Shown one piece after another: positions 22,782 to 36,553 of a stretch of 64,000 nt of DNA (the stretch's first letter is position 1; each line of letters begins with the position of its first letter). Source of the DNA: Leidyana gryllorum EB-2025a (lineage: Eukaryota; Protista; Apicomplexa); NCBI GenBank assembly GCA_048772705.1, contig JBLWGC010000230.1:1054001-1118000 (forward strand), read 5' to 3'. A program made the translations under genes and the position numbers. The notes under the pieces are model-generated. The model had not been told where the DNA came from. It saw only the letters and a list, made by a program, of their open reading frames with translations, and did no database searches.

Positions 22782-23915
22782 TCAGCGCTCTTTATTATCG
22801 TTGGGCTGCAAACTGGTACGCCGATCCGTATTCTGGATGCGGTTCCGCGGTCCACGGTTGAAGGGGCGTCCCAGCGAACGGTTGTGAGCTGGCGAGGGGC
22901 CTTTGGGGGATTCGTGAACAGCAGACCGGGAGTTGGAGCCAGTTTGGGAGCTGAATGGCCTATTACGATAGAACGCATTGGGAGCTCGTTTCTCTCGATC
23001 ATAACTGGGTGAAACTCGGACCTGTGTCTTGAAGAGATCCAAAGCCCGTTGTTGAACCAACAGATTAGTGGTTTCGGGTGAATCAAGATGGATGAAGAAG
23101 TAGGAGTAGCGTGGGTCGGTGTGGTTGAAGGACCTCGGTTTGGTAACACTGACACAGGACCCATTACCGCCCAGGTTGCGGATCACTCCGGTTATGTTCT
23201 CGATTAACTGATCATCAGGGACTTCCGGGCCGAAACCAGGGGCAGCGTGGAGGGTGCAAGCCGTCTTAGCTTTGTCATGCGGTTTTTGAGGTTCGGGCGC
23301 CGGCTCGGTGGCACGAGGAGGCTCAGAAACTCGCGGTATATGTTCCACCGGTTTGGCGACAGGGGGACTTGCCGATTGTTGGAGTTGAGCCGGATTTGTA
23401 GCTAAGTTGACTACCTTGAGCACATGCAAATACTCGTTGGCGATCTTGAGCTCAGGTACCGCCCCGTAATGAGCCTTGGGGGGTGGAGCGTACGAGATGA
23501 AGTGAACGAAGGGGCTCTGAACGAAACCGCCCGGAGCATCCTCTTGGACGATCCATACACGACCTTTGGCAAACAGAACCAGTCCAAAGGATGTCGTTGG
23601 TGATGACTGTGGATGGAGGGCCTCGACCTTAAACCGAGAACCGCGGAACCGGTCAGCTGTTGGCGACTGAAAGTACTCGACTATCTCGTGACGACCCGAA
23701 ATGTAGACGGCATCCATATTCAACTCTTGTCCGGTAACTATGATCTCCGCGTCCTCCAAGTACAAAGGAACCAATCGATTAGGGTCATCGGACAACTTGG
23801 TGTAATATCCTTGCAGGAGCTGTTCTGCCATGTTGATCAAGGACTGCTGGCGTGACGGAGCGCCCTCCGTCTGCAGCGAAACCGGGATGTAGTCTTCCGG
23901 GCCCTCATCGTGCAT
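22782..23915 (-). CDS. NTF2-RRM protein (G3BP/Nxt3-like stress-granule factor)
   Basis: NTF2-like segment EQLLQGYYTKLSDDPNRLVPLY...GRHEIVEYF, a Pro-rich linker, an RRM-like YSYFFIHLDS and an R/G-rich tail. Confidence 0.7.
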   Translation of the reverse strand: MHDEGPEDYIPVSLQTEGAPSRQQSLINMAEQLLQGYYTKLSDDPNRLVPLYLEDAEIIVTGQELNMDAVYISGRHEIVEYFQSPTADRFRGSRFKVEALHPQSSPTTSFGLVLFAKGRVWIVQEDAPGGFVQSPFVHFISYAPPPKAHYGAVPELKIANEYLHVLKVVNLATNPAQLQQSASPPVAKPVEHIPRVSEPPRATEPAPEPQKPHDKAKTACTLHAAPGFGPEVPDDQLIENITGVIRNLGGNGSCVSVTKPRSFNHTDPRYSYFFIHLDSPETTNLLVQQRALDLFKTQVRVSPSYDREKRAPNAFYRNRPFSSQTGSNSRSAVHESPKGPSPAHNRSLGRPFNRGPRNRIQNTDRRTSLQPNDNKER

Positions 23916-24046
23916 CGGAAAAAACAAGAAATATCCGCCACAAGCCTGTCTGACTGTGACTCAAAAATTACCCCCCACAGTCGGACGGACCAGCTTAGCC
24001 AGTCAGCCCAGCAAAAACGCCGCCAAAAAGGGACCATGTGCGCCGA

Positions 24047-27000
24047 ATGGTGACGCCGCAGGCACTGGAGCAAGGCTGCCTCAGGACATTCACGTCCTTT
24101 AGTCATCCACTATTCGTCGCATCCTCATTAGAAGCTTACCTTGATGTCACCAACTTTGAGGACGACGATGCCCTCGCTCAAGTCATTCATGGTGCCTGCC
24201 GGGACCTCTCAAACGCCGCTCACATTTGCGAGTAAGTCTCTCATTACCTTTGCCTGCTGCTGCTGCTATCCCAACTACACTACGGCTACGCTGACATTGA
24301 GAGAACTCTGCTCTGCAAACTCGCTCGCCGTCGCTAGTCGAGTCTTCTGCAATGCTACGCCATGTCTCTCTGCGTCATGACCTTTGCTCTACTATCTGGA
24401 TGTGTGTGCCACACACTTTGCTATGCAATGATTCTTGTGTTGCTCAGGCCTTCTTCGGCACTGGCGTTACGCAGATTTTGCTACGCTTTCGTGTTTGACT
24501 CTGAAGCGGTTGAGAAAATCCAGCGTTACGTTTCGGCGAATTTCCTGTCCAAGTGCCCCAAGTGTTTAGCGGCCTATGCGGCAGCTCGGGACCAAACTCT
24601 CAAGTTGTCAAATGAGACATTTGATGAAGATTCTGTGGAAGCATTGACACATACAATCCAGGCGTATGATCGACAGCGGTTGAGAACGAACGTGGCTGCA
24701 GCGGTGGCGGCACAGACGGGAACGGTGTTGGAAGAGGAAACGCTTGAGGCTACTGTTTTCGAGTTGTGGCAAGTAGCATACGACTGGTTGACTGAGAATG
24801 AGATTGAGCCGATGTTGATGTTTATGCATTCGTATCCGGATGTCATAGTCGATAGAACGGTAGAGTTGTACAAGAAGTATCCCGCCGAAGTATTACCACT
24901 GCTTCTCTTCAAACTCCTCTCTCCCAACAAGGCAATACGAGAGGTTTCGGTGCGGGCTTTGAGAGTGCTCACGGATCGGCCGGACTTCAAATGCGCAGCA
25001 CTCGACAGCATCGCCTCCCAAGTTTGTCTGACTTACACAGCGGAGATGTTGGAGTTTCCGGAAGTTATGGACGCCTCAACTATGACTTTGATGCTCACGG
25101 CGGTGAGCAAGGCTTTCCATCGTAACCTGTTGGGTAGCGCGAGTGGCACTGCTGCTTGGCTGCTCAGTCTGCAGAAGTTTGTGCATTGTCTGTGCAAATA
25201 TCTGCTGAATAGCCTGCAGAATGCCGAGGCTCAGTTACTCAAAGGTCCCGACGCGCTGACAGTTGGATTTGCGGTGATGCGATTCCTGCACATACTGTGT
25301 GATAGTCGGATCTTACAAAAGATGGACGGCGAATTAGGGGGAGGTCACAAGTTGCTGGAAGATGGGTTGCAGCTAATGCAGTTGTTAGCCGAACTGGCTG
25401 AAGAGCAGCCTCTGACTGTTGACCCAGGCCGCTGTACTCTGGCTGTGGGGACGTATCAAACGCTCTACACATTGTGTATATTGGGATCAGCTGGAGGACT
25501 CACAGAGTTCAATGCTCCTCCGCCTGCATTGGTGAAGATTATCCAGACATTGCGACACGCGACGTTGATCATGTCATTGAGACCGACAGTTTTAGTCACC
25601 AGCGCATGGGACAACGGGTGTGAGAAACTGACTTTAATGCCGAGTCATTTGCCCGTTCAAGACGAGCAGTTGTCTTTGGCTCATCTCAAGTCTCACTTTC
25701 AAGTTGCTCTATTGGCAGCTGTACGATTTGAGAGCCAAATAGTCGGACGGGGTCGCTCTACTGGTACTCCCACCGGCGCTGGGGGCGATCCTCGTGAGAG
25801 TGGGACGTATGAGCACGGGCGTTGCGCTTTGCAAGACAGTGGCATATGTGAGCACGTTCTCTCTGACTGTGCAGCAGCATTCTTGGACGTCATTGACGAG
25901 AGAGTGCCCACGAGCCCAGGAAGGAAAGAGGCGGTCTTCAAGGCGTTCTGTGATGTATCCATTTGGTTTTTGACTGCTTTCGCGGACGACTATCTGAGCT
26001 GGCAGCTACTTCTCTCCGCGTACATCGCCGCCAAGACTAACGTTCACCTTGCGACTGTCAAGAAAGAAGGCGCTGCACCTGCCAGTGGAAGTACTTCGCC
26101 GAGCTCTGACATTGAAACGCTCAGTCAAACATTGTTGGTGACCCAAGTGGCCTATCCTCGACAACCCCGTCCTCTCTTAGAGCTTCCACTGCAAAAAGGA
26201 GGCGAGGTGGGCGAGGCTCTGCTGGATTTGGTGAACGGTACTCCCAATTGTTTCCATGCGGCAACGGCTTTGCGACGTCTCCTCCCAATACTTCTGTTCA
26301 AGACACATCACCAAGAAGCCTTTTGCGAGTCTCTCATGGAGACACTGCTCATTCAGTTGACAGAGTTCGCGATTATGCCTTTGTATCACGCCCGTCTGCT
26401 GAACTTTTACCGCAAAGTGGAGACTCACGTCAAGTGGCAGGGGATCGACATGGACACTGTGCCTTTGTTGGACAAACAGCTGGACGCCCTCCTGTCTTTC
26501 GAGCCAACAGTCACCGAGATTATGGACCTTTTGTACGGGATGGTTGCTTTCGTTTTCCGCTATCTAACCGAACGGCTGAAGGTGTGGGCGATGAGCCAAG
26601 AAGGAGCTGCGGCTGGAGGAGGAGCCTTGGAGAATTGTGGAGCTCTGCCCGTCACTGAATGCTCTCTGGTCAACACACCGCTGAGTTTCACAGAGATTGG
26701 AAAGGTCGGTAGAACAACCTTAGACGAAGCTGAGAAGTTACGAGTCAGTCGAGCCTTCTTGGCTGGCGCTATGTGCTCTGCTGACTTTAGTGTTTCGGTG
26801 ATGCAATTGGGAGTCTTAGCCTTCCCCTTAGCCACGGCCTCATGGCCGAGTGAGGTGAAGAGAGAACTCGTCCATCTGTTCGGTATCCTATGCTACTCGG
26901 GTACCAGCCACTGTCTGCTGGGCCCTCGATGCTCCAATCTGCCAAATTCTGTCATGCCGGTTGTCGGGGTCCCTGCGGACGCCGACCTGCTCAAGTACCT

Positions 27001-30000
27001 GGGAGCATTGTTGGTGGCGAGTCCCAAGATGCGCGACGAGCAAGCCTGTATGCTCAGCGGGATAGACCTATGCATTGAGCAACAGTTCGAATGGATGACG
27101 TGGCCCATCAGTTACTGCCCCAGTACAGACAAGGTTCCTCCGGTCTGCGCACTGGAGACTCTCTTTGTCCCAGCCGTGTACGCCAAAGGGCCTCTATGGT
27201 TCTTGCGGGGTATAATGCCAACACTGGAGACTTTGGTCGACGAGTTCATTGGAAGCCACGTCCTCGACCAAGTTGAGTCTGTGCAGAACGCGTTTGTATC
27301 GATGGAGCGATCCATGTGGGTGGTGATGATCGAAGCGTTGCGAGCGGGTCCTCTGACAGGCGCGATCCCCGAAGACTCAAAGTTCTCTCCTGCCGAGCTA
27401 TCGTTGGTGCGAGACGCCTACAACTTCAACGACTGCTATCTCTGTTTATTCACCTTCCTCGAGCGATTCTTCCCGCATGTTGAGAAACATGTGAGAAATC
27501 AAGAAAGCGCAGCAATGCGGCCCTGTATAGAGGTACACTTGGCAAATCTCCGGCAGGCGTCGTCCTGGGGAGAATGTTTGGCACGGTGGGGTCGCGCGGG
27601 ACAGGCGCTCGCCATCCGGTACGGCATGCAGAAACTCAAACAAACGCAGGAACAAGCTGAGGAGCAATGGTCGGCAACAGATCTGGGCCAAAGTATTCGA
27701 CAGACATGTAGGAGTCTCGCCAACTTGCTGGGAACCATCAAACGTATGTACCCGAATGATCTCAAAGTACTCCCGCGTGATCTGCTGAATCTGGCCAAGG
27801 GTCTCGTGATCTATCTCAACCCTCCAGCTACAACTGTGAATACGCAAGCCAAGACCCAAAACAAGTCTGAGACCACACCAGTACTCAAAGGTCAAAAAGG
27901 TGGCGACATTAGCGCCAATGAAGACGATTCTGCCTCGGAAGTCAAGTCAAGCACTACTTCCAAACGGAGTCTCCCTCGCCAGATGGAGTCAGGAAAAGAT
28001 AGTGGCTCAGAAGTTGGAGGGTCTCGCAAGGTCACACCCGCCAGCAACAACCTCCTTCGCATGGCAGCCGGACTCAACAATCAGTCCAAACCCAGAGAGT
28101 CGCTTATCAGTAAATTGATGCCCGGACAAAAGAGTAAGTTGGCTCCCATTCACGTCACTCTCCATCCATCTCCCACGCAGAAAGAGCGCCCAAAGGTTTC
28201 GACATCGCTTTGGAGATGATGAATCAGTGGAATCAGCAAGAAGGACGACTGGGAGCCCGCAAGACGGTCGCTTTGAAGCCAACAAGTTTGAGAGGAAAGA
28301 TAATGATGCCAGGAGAGAACGCTCCTGGCAAAACCGACGGCTCAAAGATCAAAACAGTTCTTCTGGATGCCAAAGGAAAGGCCGAAGATAAGAAGCCAGC
28401 AGGCCCTCAACGTAAGCTAATAATATACGCCGCCTCGAATCAATCCAATAACTAAATACACAGTTCGGAAATTGACTGCGGAGCAGAAGCAAGAAGCAAT
28501 GGGGAAAGCCAAATTGGGAGTGCAGATGATGTTGCAGCAAATTCTCGAATGGGATTTCGGCAACTTGGATAAATATGAGCTCCCAGAGCTACAACAACTA
28601 CCTGAAAGACTGCCCCTCACCTTCGATGATGCCGAAGCCTTCAGAGAGTAAGCGACCACATTCTCGGCACCACTCCCCGTTCTATGTCTTCTTCTTCAGG
28701 TACTTCAAGCCGCTCGTACTCGAAGAGTGCAGATGCGCAATGTTGCAAGAACGGATGGAGCGTAAACTCGAAGCCTCTCTCATCGTCATCGCCAAAGCTA
28801 CGGTTTCATCCAATTGGATGTTGGCAACGGCAAAGTGTGGGAAACGAAAGCGCCAGACTGCACAGCAAGCAGGAGATCAACAATACATGATGGGACCTGG
28901 AGATGCCGAGCGTGCTATATTAAATGCTCATCACCATGTAGGTCTCCAAGATTTCTCTCCTCATCGAAACGCCTTCTCAGGAACTGGAAATCCTGCCGCT
29001 TCGCAAACACGATCTGGTGATGCTCATCCCCATAAATTCCATTGTCAATCCCAACAATCCCTATGAAGGGAAGTTGCTTGGTGACATGCAAACACCCCCT
29101 CCGGAGGGGTACTTTGTAGCTGTGGTTGAGAAGACCGATTCATCCGAGGAACGCTTCGATCCCGCAGACCTGACGCAGTGTCGACTGAGGTTCCCGCGTA
29201 CACCTCCGGCTGGTGCCGCCCAATTGGGTAGAGTAAGTACTCCGTGCTTGGAAATCGCCGCACATCGACCTAACCTCAGCTTCCTGCCTCTGCCGTTACC
29301 ATTGCCTCAGCTTGGCTCGCCTTCCCAATCGCCAGTCTCACAACTTCAGTCCGAGAATTTCAGTCACTCTTCACCGCTTGCTTCTCACCAGTATTCGACT
29401 TCATATTGCGTCCAAGCAAATATGGGGTCAAGCGGACGGCCAATAAACACGGACGAACATCCAGTGACAGTGAAAAGGAATTTCGCCGACGTCTTGACGC
29501 TCGAAAGCTCCCTGAAGGTCTACCCCTGCCACAGCTCGCAACCACCTGCAATATGAATACTTCACAGGTAATTACACACACTTTGCGCGCACTTGTGATG
29601 CGTCTCCTGGGATGGTGTACTATGGGTCTTTTGATGGACTGCCAATCAATTGTGCCTTTTGCAGACCGCTGCCATAAAGCACGCTCTGACAGCCGACTAC
29701 GGAGTGGCACTCTTGCAAGGTCCTCCTGGTACGGGTAAGACGAAGACGCTGCTTGCCATTATCGCGGCAATCTTCGCGATGAGTGGTCGCTCTGGGAGTG
29801 GCGAGGGTGGCTCGTGGCTGAACAAGAAAGTCCTGATTTGTGCTCCATCGAATGCGGCTGTGGATGAAATTGCGGCACGTATCCTAAAAGAAGGCGTTCC
29901 AAGAGTACGAGATAAGGAGAGCGGGCCAATCTTCCCAAGTTGCTTACGTGTGGGTAATCCGGCACGTATCACCCGGGAAGAGGTTCGGGCCATCAGTTTG

Positions 30001-33000
30001 GAGGAAAGATTGTCGACGGAGAATCAGAACGTCAAGGAGAAGAAGCAGGAGAATTTGAAGGATGAGCTTCAAAAGATTAGTACCCGATTGGATGAGATCG
30101 AGGAGGAACTTAAGGCTCACAGTCTGGCAACTGAGTTGTCGTCTGACTTGATCGCGGCTGGGGGCCACGCAACCACCCGCAGCAACGCACCCGCTTATGC
30201 CGAGTTACAGACAGAACGACGGAACCTGCTGACCGCGAGAAAGAAACTCAAGGAAGGGTACCAAGGGGATATGAAACAGAGTAAAAGTCGTGTTAAGGAT
30301 GGCCACCTGAAGAACACTGATCTCTTCTTTGCCACCCTATCAGGAAGTGCAAGCGATCTGCTGACTTCTGTTGAGTTTGAGTATGTGATTGTGGATGAAG
30401 CCGCTCAAGCGGTCGAGCTGTCTGGACTCATACCTCTCCGGCACGAGATTTCCAAACTAATTCTCATCGGTGATCCCCAGCAGTTACCTGCTACAGTGTT
30501 GAGTGCGAGTGCCAAGAAGTTCAATTACGAAAGGAGTCTGTTCCAGCGTTTACAGCTGACAGGAGTTGATGTTGTTATGCTGTCCACTCAGTATCGTATG
30601 CGTCCTGAGATTTCAGCCTTCCCTTCCCTTCACTTCTACCAAGGCAAATTGGAGAATGACAAGTCTGTTATTCTCCGGCAACCCATGTCCTTTCACTACG
30701 AGTTCAAAAGCTTATTTGGGCCCTTCAAATTCTTCGACATCCCGTCTCAAGAGTCTCGTCACGCTCTCAATCAATCTCTCTGCAACAAGGACGAGGCCGC
30801 ATTCATCCTTCATCTCATCATGTTGTTGGCCAGATACTATGTAACCAAGAGTGGGGAACCCGCGCCAGCTGACGGGGCTCAAGCCGCGGGCGCTCCTGCG
30901 GCTCCGGCGACACCTGCAGCTCAGACCTTGCGTCTCGAAGATATCGCGGTGGTAACTCCCTACAAACAGCAGGTGATGGAGATGCAAAGGCTGCTCAAGT
31001 CGCAAAAGAACACTTTGGACAAGTTCAGCACACAGAGTGTTGAGGTGTGTACCATCGATTCTTTCCAGGGAAGAGAGAAGAAGATTATCATATTCAGCTG
31101 TGTCAGAAGTCTCGCTCAAGCAGCAGCTAACCTCGGGTCTGATTGGGATCTGGATGAAGACGATGACGAAATGGGAGATGAACCGCACCATGGAATATCT
31201 AATCGGCCTCCCCCTCACAAGGGACACTCGGCACCCAGTATCGGTTTCGTTGCTGATATTCGACGTCTAAACGTCGCGATCACCCGTGCCCGAGATGCTT
31301 TGTGGATTGTCGGTAACAGCCGGACCCTCAAAGCTCACGAGACATGGGCCAGTCTTATAAGGCACGCCAAAAATCAAGCCACTCCACTGGCTGCCTCGCC
31401 CAGCGTTGGGCCGAGCACAGCGAATGCCACGTCCTCTCCCGTTCGGAGCGTACCTGACCCTCCTGTTTTGGACAATCTCAGCACTGTCGACAGATCCTCT
31501 TTCATTGACGTGCGCAGAACTGTCGATGTCGTGCGACAACAAATGGCAGGTGTAAGATTACCCCCCCAGCCGAACTATATATCCTCTCAAATGGTCGGAT
31601 GGTTCTTCGGTCTCTTGGAACAGAGATTCTTAAGGTTCAGAGAAGCCATCAACAAGCAGCCTATGCCTTCAGCTCAGACCGCTCCACGGAATAACAAGCG
31701 ACCCCAGGCCATGCTCGAGTCATTGCTCACCTCCCCCAATGGTGGTGGTGAAGATCCCCCGGCCAAAATGCAAAAGACGACGTCCAAACCGTCTGCCACG
31801 CCTCCCAACGCAAACCCCTGGCAGCAGCAGCAAGTTCCACCACAGCAACCCCAACCCATGCAACAGCCACCACACAATCGCAATCACACGCAACCACTTC
31901 AACAGCAAGCCGCCCCCCTGTTACCTGGCGGCTATCACGGTCAAGCTCAAGGCCAGCAATATCCACATCCGCGGCATAGAATGCCCACAATGCCTCCGCC
32001 AACTAAATTGGGCCAACCCCCACCTTCTCCAATGCGAGTGCAAAGACTTCCTACTCCCCAACCCACCACAGCCGCCGCGGGTCCATTGAGACCCCCGAGC
32101 TTGCAGCAAGGCTACGGCGGAGGTCCGCCTACTGCAGCTCCTCAGTTTGCCCCCGGACCCGGTCCGCATACTCCGCAACCACAGGCAACTGCCCCTTCTT
32201 CTCAACACTTGACTGGACAGATGGCGTCCACACCACAAGGCCACCACCCTCACTACGCAACGGGCCCCCCCATGAAACCGTATGGGCCGTCTGGTGGAGG
32301 AGACCCACAAAACGGACGCTATACCCCATCCGGCCCGCCGGAACAACAGCACTACAGGCCGCCTGGACGGCCTCCGATGCAAGTTCATAATGGCGGCGGC
32401 GGTCCGCAGAACCACCACTATGGTCCGCCCCCTGGTCAAGCCCACAGCTCTTCTTATGGAGGCCCACCACCAGCGAGTGGACCCTACAGTTCTGGAGCGA
32501 ACGCTCCGTGGGGTTCGCAGCCGTACAACTCGGGTGGAAGTGTTTCTCAGGGTCCGTTGTCGGGCCAGCAACATTATGCTACTGGAGACGGTCATGGAAA
32601 TAATAATATGGCGTACGCTCCAGGAGGCCCACCGAATCAGTCGGCCGCCCCACCGTATGCCACAAATAACGCTTATCATCAACAGTATGCACCTCCTGGG
32701 CCCGGCCGGCCGCCAAGTGCTGCGAATTATGCTAACGCCATGGGGAATCCAAGTTCGGCACCCCAATATTTAAATGCTGGGGGAGGGTCACAATCTAGCA
32801 ATCCTCAGTATGCAACAGGAGGGCCCAACAATCATCCATATGCCACTGGCCAGTACAACGCACCGCATGGCAACCACGGTCAGTTTGTAAATGGTGATGC
32901 ACCGCAATCTAGTGGGAAGGGGTACCAAGCGCCATATCCGGTTCCCTCCAACACCGGGCAACAGCAGCAAAGTGCCAGTGTGAATGGGGTTTCCAACCGG

Positions 33001-33366
33001 TACCGCGGACCACCTCCAGCAGCTCAATACGCAACAGGGTATGTGCAAAGGCCAGAGGTTGTGTCTGCGTACCGTCCACCCAGTCATGTCCCAACGTCAA
33101 GCGCGCCTCCAAACTACTCGACAGGAGACGCTCAACCCTACCGTCCCCCGCACGGCGGTAACAGCAGTGCTAGCAGTCAACAGTATCCTCAATCTAGCGG
33201 TTCGGGCGACTACGGCAACAAGCATGGCGAATCCTCAAATCAGAAGATAACAATGCAATGGGGTGCTTCGGCGCCGCCCCAGTGGGCAGGGCAGCAGTCG
33301 TCGGCTCCATCTGGGGCTGGGTGGCCGAAGCCCGAACCGCAGGGCTCGTGGCAGTCGTATCGGTGA
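24047..33366 (+). CDS. SEN1: Sen1/senataxin SF1 helicase with a SEN1 N-terminal domain and prion-like C-terminus (multi-exon)
   Basis: N-terminal CxxC...Y...F...V...D..R pattern and ILEWDF...LPLTF...YFKPLVLEE. Helicase motifs QGPPGTGKT, CAPSNAAVDE, VDEAAQ, GDPQQLPATV, QYRM, TIDSFQGREK and RRLNVAITRAR. Confidence 0.9.
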
Positions 33367-33401
33367 AGATCGCACACATAAAATTGTGGAATTTTTGCTT
33401 G

Positions 33402-34496
33402 TTATCGTGCACTAACCGCCTCTTCTTGTATCCAATCCCCTATGTTGTCGAGCACCTGTGGACCTGACAAGGCTGATGCGGGCCTCAAGCTCTCGAACGA
33501 TCTGTAATCCGTTGCTGCTGGCCCTTGTTCAAGGTCGAGATCGGTCGGGGTCCCTGCTGCTGTCGAGCGAAAGATCGGTCTGTTGATGTTGCACGAGAGG
33601 TCAACAGCAACTCCATACAATCCGCACAGTATCAAACTGAGTCCACTGATGTGACACGCCCCCACACACAAGTCTGATTGGAGGGCTGTCACTCCCAGAC
33701 CGACCTCGGCCAGCCCTCGACCGATGCCAAAGTGTAGACACCGAATGTACTGATCTATCCACGCTGATTCGCGGCTGCCCAACCGAATGACTATTCCAAC
33801 ATAGACTAAAAGACACGAGATTGACCAGACTGTCAGCAGGAACATGGCACTAGACGGCCGATACTGTAGTCGAACGGGGTCCAACATGGCGATCATTGCC
33901 GCAATGGCCATTGCAACAGCCGATGTGAGTCCGAAGACTTGGTGGAGATACTCTAAGACTGATGGAAAGCATCTTTTGGAAAAGGGATTGAGTACTCACA
34001 TTTGGCTGTGCCAATGGGAGGACGAAAGGAAGGTGGAATAACGGACGAGATGTCAAACGAAACTCTGTGGCTGAGGTCGCGAGTACTCCGTTGTATGCTG
34101 GCGAGTCCCTCTTTGACCGCTTCATCCAATCGGGGGCTCGAAAGTGCTGCGAGATAAGGGCTGGGGGGAATCGGTGGAGGTGAAGGAGGTGGCTGCGTCT
34201 CCTCCTTACTCTACGAGGAAGTGTGAGTCAGTTGGAATTCAGCTGCAGACGCCTACCTCTGACGGTCTCAGCCAGGCATTGACAGTGTCTTTGCGGTCTC
34301 GCTGGGAAAAAGCCGGTGAAGAGGACGGAGTCGAACTGGGGGGTGATGGAGCAGAATGACGGTCAAATGGGTAGGCCTCTGGGTGAGGGGGAATGCTACT
34401 CTGTTCAACGTCTGGAACTGTTATGGGTACGGGAAAGGTCAAACGGCGTCCGCTTAGCTGCGGACTCGTGCCTCCGGAGCTATTGCCATATCGCAT
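33402..34496 (-). CDS. Multi-pass membrane protein, possibly COPI-associated/Tvp15-like
   Basis: About 4 hydrophobic segments with LHFGIGRGL..VGLG. Ser/Pro-rich upstream exons are joined by short introns. The family call is weak. Confidence 0.45.
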
Positions 34497-34527
34497 GCTT
34501 CACATGCGTCCTGCAAAAAAAGCTTAA

Positions 34528-35895
34528 ATGGAGTACAAGCAGGGTGGGCTTGGCGCCGCTCTCTTTGGTTTGGCGCCCACTGATGCCACGTTGCAAGCCC
34601 AACCCGTCGCCGTGGCTTCTCTGAAAGAGAAGGACGCAGGCGAGACCGGTAAACCGATTATATCCGAGAACGAGATAGAATCGGTTGGTGAGCTCGAGGA
34701 GGCTCCAAGTAGCGAGGACGAGGGACGCCCGTCGCAAGCGACCCGGAAGGTCCGCACGGAGGAGGAAACCCGCCGTACTGTAGTGGTGAAAGGAGTGCAC
34801 TTGAGAACTAAGAGACAACAATTAATAAAGCATCTCGAGTTGGAGAAAGACAATGTTGAAACTGTTCGGTTCAGGAACCTCCCTGTAGATCCCAAGTTTG
34901 CTAAGAACAAGATGGTTGGCCATATTACAAAGACTTATGTGGTAAGAAAGGCGTCGCTCATCCCCACCATCGCAATTCGACAACAAACAGGACGGCAAAG
35001 ATACAATGACAGCGTACATTGTTCTCAAAGACCCCTCTGTGATACCCTCCATATTGCTCAAGTCGGGAACTGAGCTCAAAGGACATCGTCTCATCATCGA
35101 TCGGTGTACCCCAGATACTTTCAGCGTAAGTCACGACTCTCTCCGGCCACTGATACTCCCACGTCAGTTGTTCGGACGGATGAATACCATCTTCGTGGGT
35201 CGTCTCCCCAAATCTTACACCGAGGAAAACCTAATGGAGCTCTTCAGCCCTATTGGGACAATCCGCAATCTCCGGCTCATACGAGACCCCTTAACTCATA
35301 AGTCTAAGGGCTTCGGCTTTGTTTCATTCGCCTCCAAAGCGTCCGTGGGTGCAGCGATAACCGCTTTCAGAAGAAAGGAGATTGAGGTAAGCCACTCACA
35401 CCTCAACCACCGCCACATCAATCATTGGTCCAGGGGCATCCACTACGTGTAACAAAAGCACAGAAAGAATCAGAGCTCAGCCCCGCCGATATGACACAAT
35501 CGGGACCGGCCGCCAAGGGCAAAGGGGGAAAGAAGGGCAACGCCAAGGATGATCGTACATCCTCCAAGCAGAAGAAGGTTTTCGGTGCAGTTGATGAGCC
35601 GAAACCTTTGAAGTCTGCATTAAAGAGATCCCGGCCCTCAGACACTTCTCCAGACGACGAAAGTGCTTCCAAGAAGAAGCGGGTCGTGTTCTCCGGCATC
35701 CCCAAGGGAAACTCATCGCAAGCCGCCAACAAGAAACCCGTCTTTGGTCAGTCGAAGAAACCTAACTTCGGTAGCAACAAGGCCTTCTCCGGCGGTAAGA
35801 AGTCGCAGGGTTTTGCCAAAGGCTCCAAGAAATCGTCATCTTCGTCCGCGAAGGTCAGTCACAAAGTTCGAAAGCCGAGTAACAAGCGTCGGTGA
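34528..35895 (+). CDS. NOP12: Nucleolar two-RRM protein Nop12/RBM34
   Basis: RTVVVKGV...VETVRFR...MTAYIV...GHRLIID (RRM1), TIFVGRLP...RLIRDPLTHKSKGFGFVSF (RRM2) and a Lys-rich tail. Confidence 0.8.
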
Positions 35896-36537
35896 CTCCA
35901 ATGCAAACTCGTTTTTTCCTCGTGTGGCCCACCAATGTTCCACGACGCAGATAGCTGAGATGCACAGTCAAATTACACTGAATAACGGGACGTAATACTT
36001 ACCCGAATAAGCAATTCCTTGGCTCAGAATCATTGGATGAGGCTTGAGGACCGTGCCGAGCCCCATCGCATTCCCGGTCAAGAAGCCGGCCAGTCCGCTT
36101 CGAGCGTACTTGCTCGGGAGAACATCCCAAGGCAGCAGACGGTGTAAACCATATCTAGTTGTTGCATATATCAGACCTGAGTGTGTGTGCATCAATGTGT
36201 GTGGCTCCGGTCCCTTGGGCTTACCAGCAACTCCAGCAGTGTTGGCCATGTCTTGTCCTGATTCCAGGATCATATCAATGCGTCTGCTGAGTTTGAGACG
36301 GTTGTTAGCAACGTTACTGATTTCAGCACTTCGTAGCAGCCCGTACACGGAGCCAGCCGCCAGTCCATGTAGGTAGCCCTTCCCAGTATCGTATAATACG
36401 ATATCTCCAAACATTCGGGACCCCACGAACATTGAGCGAGCCTTATCGGCTAGCCCAGTCTTGGGCTTGTCTCGAGCCAGAACCTTTTGAGCAACGCCGA
36501 GCGCCTTGGTGACATACGAGAAGAGGAGTTCTGACAT
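35836..36537 (-). CDS. Tim17/Tim22/Tim23-family mitochondrial translocase subunit (Tim23-like)
   Basis: LYDTGKGYLHGLAAGSVYGL, GQDMANTAGVAGLIY and SGLAGFLTG glycine-zipper TM pattern. Two short introns; the last exon is inferred. Confidence 0.65.
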
Positions 36538-36553
36538 GAAAAAATCTACGAAT

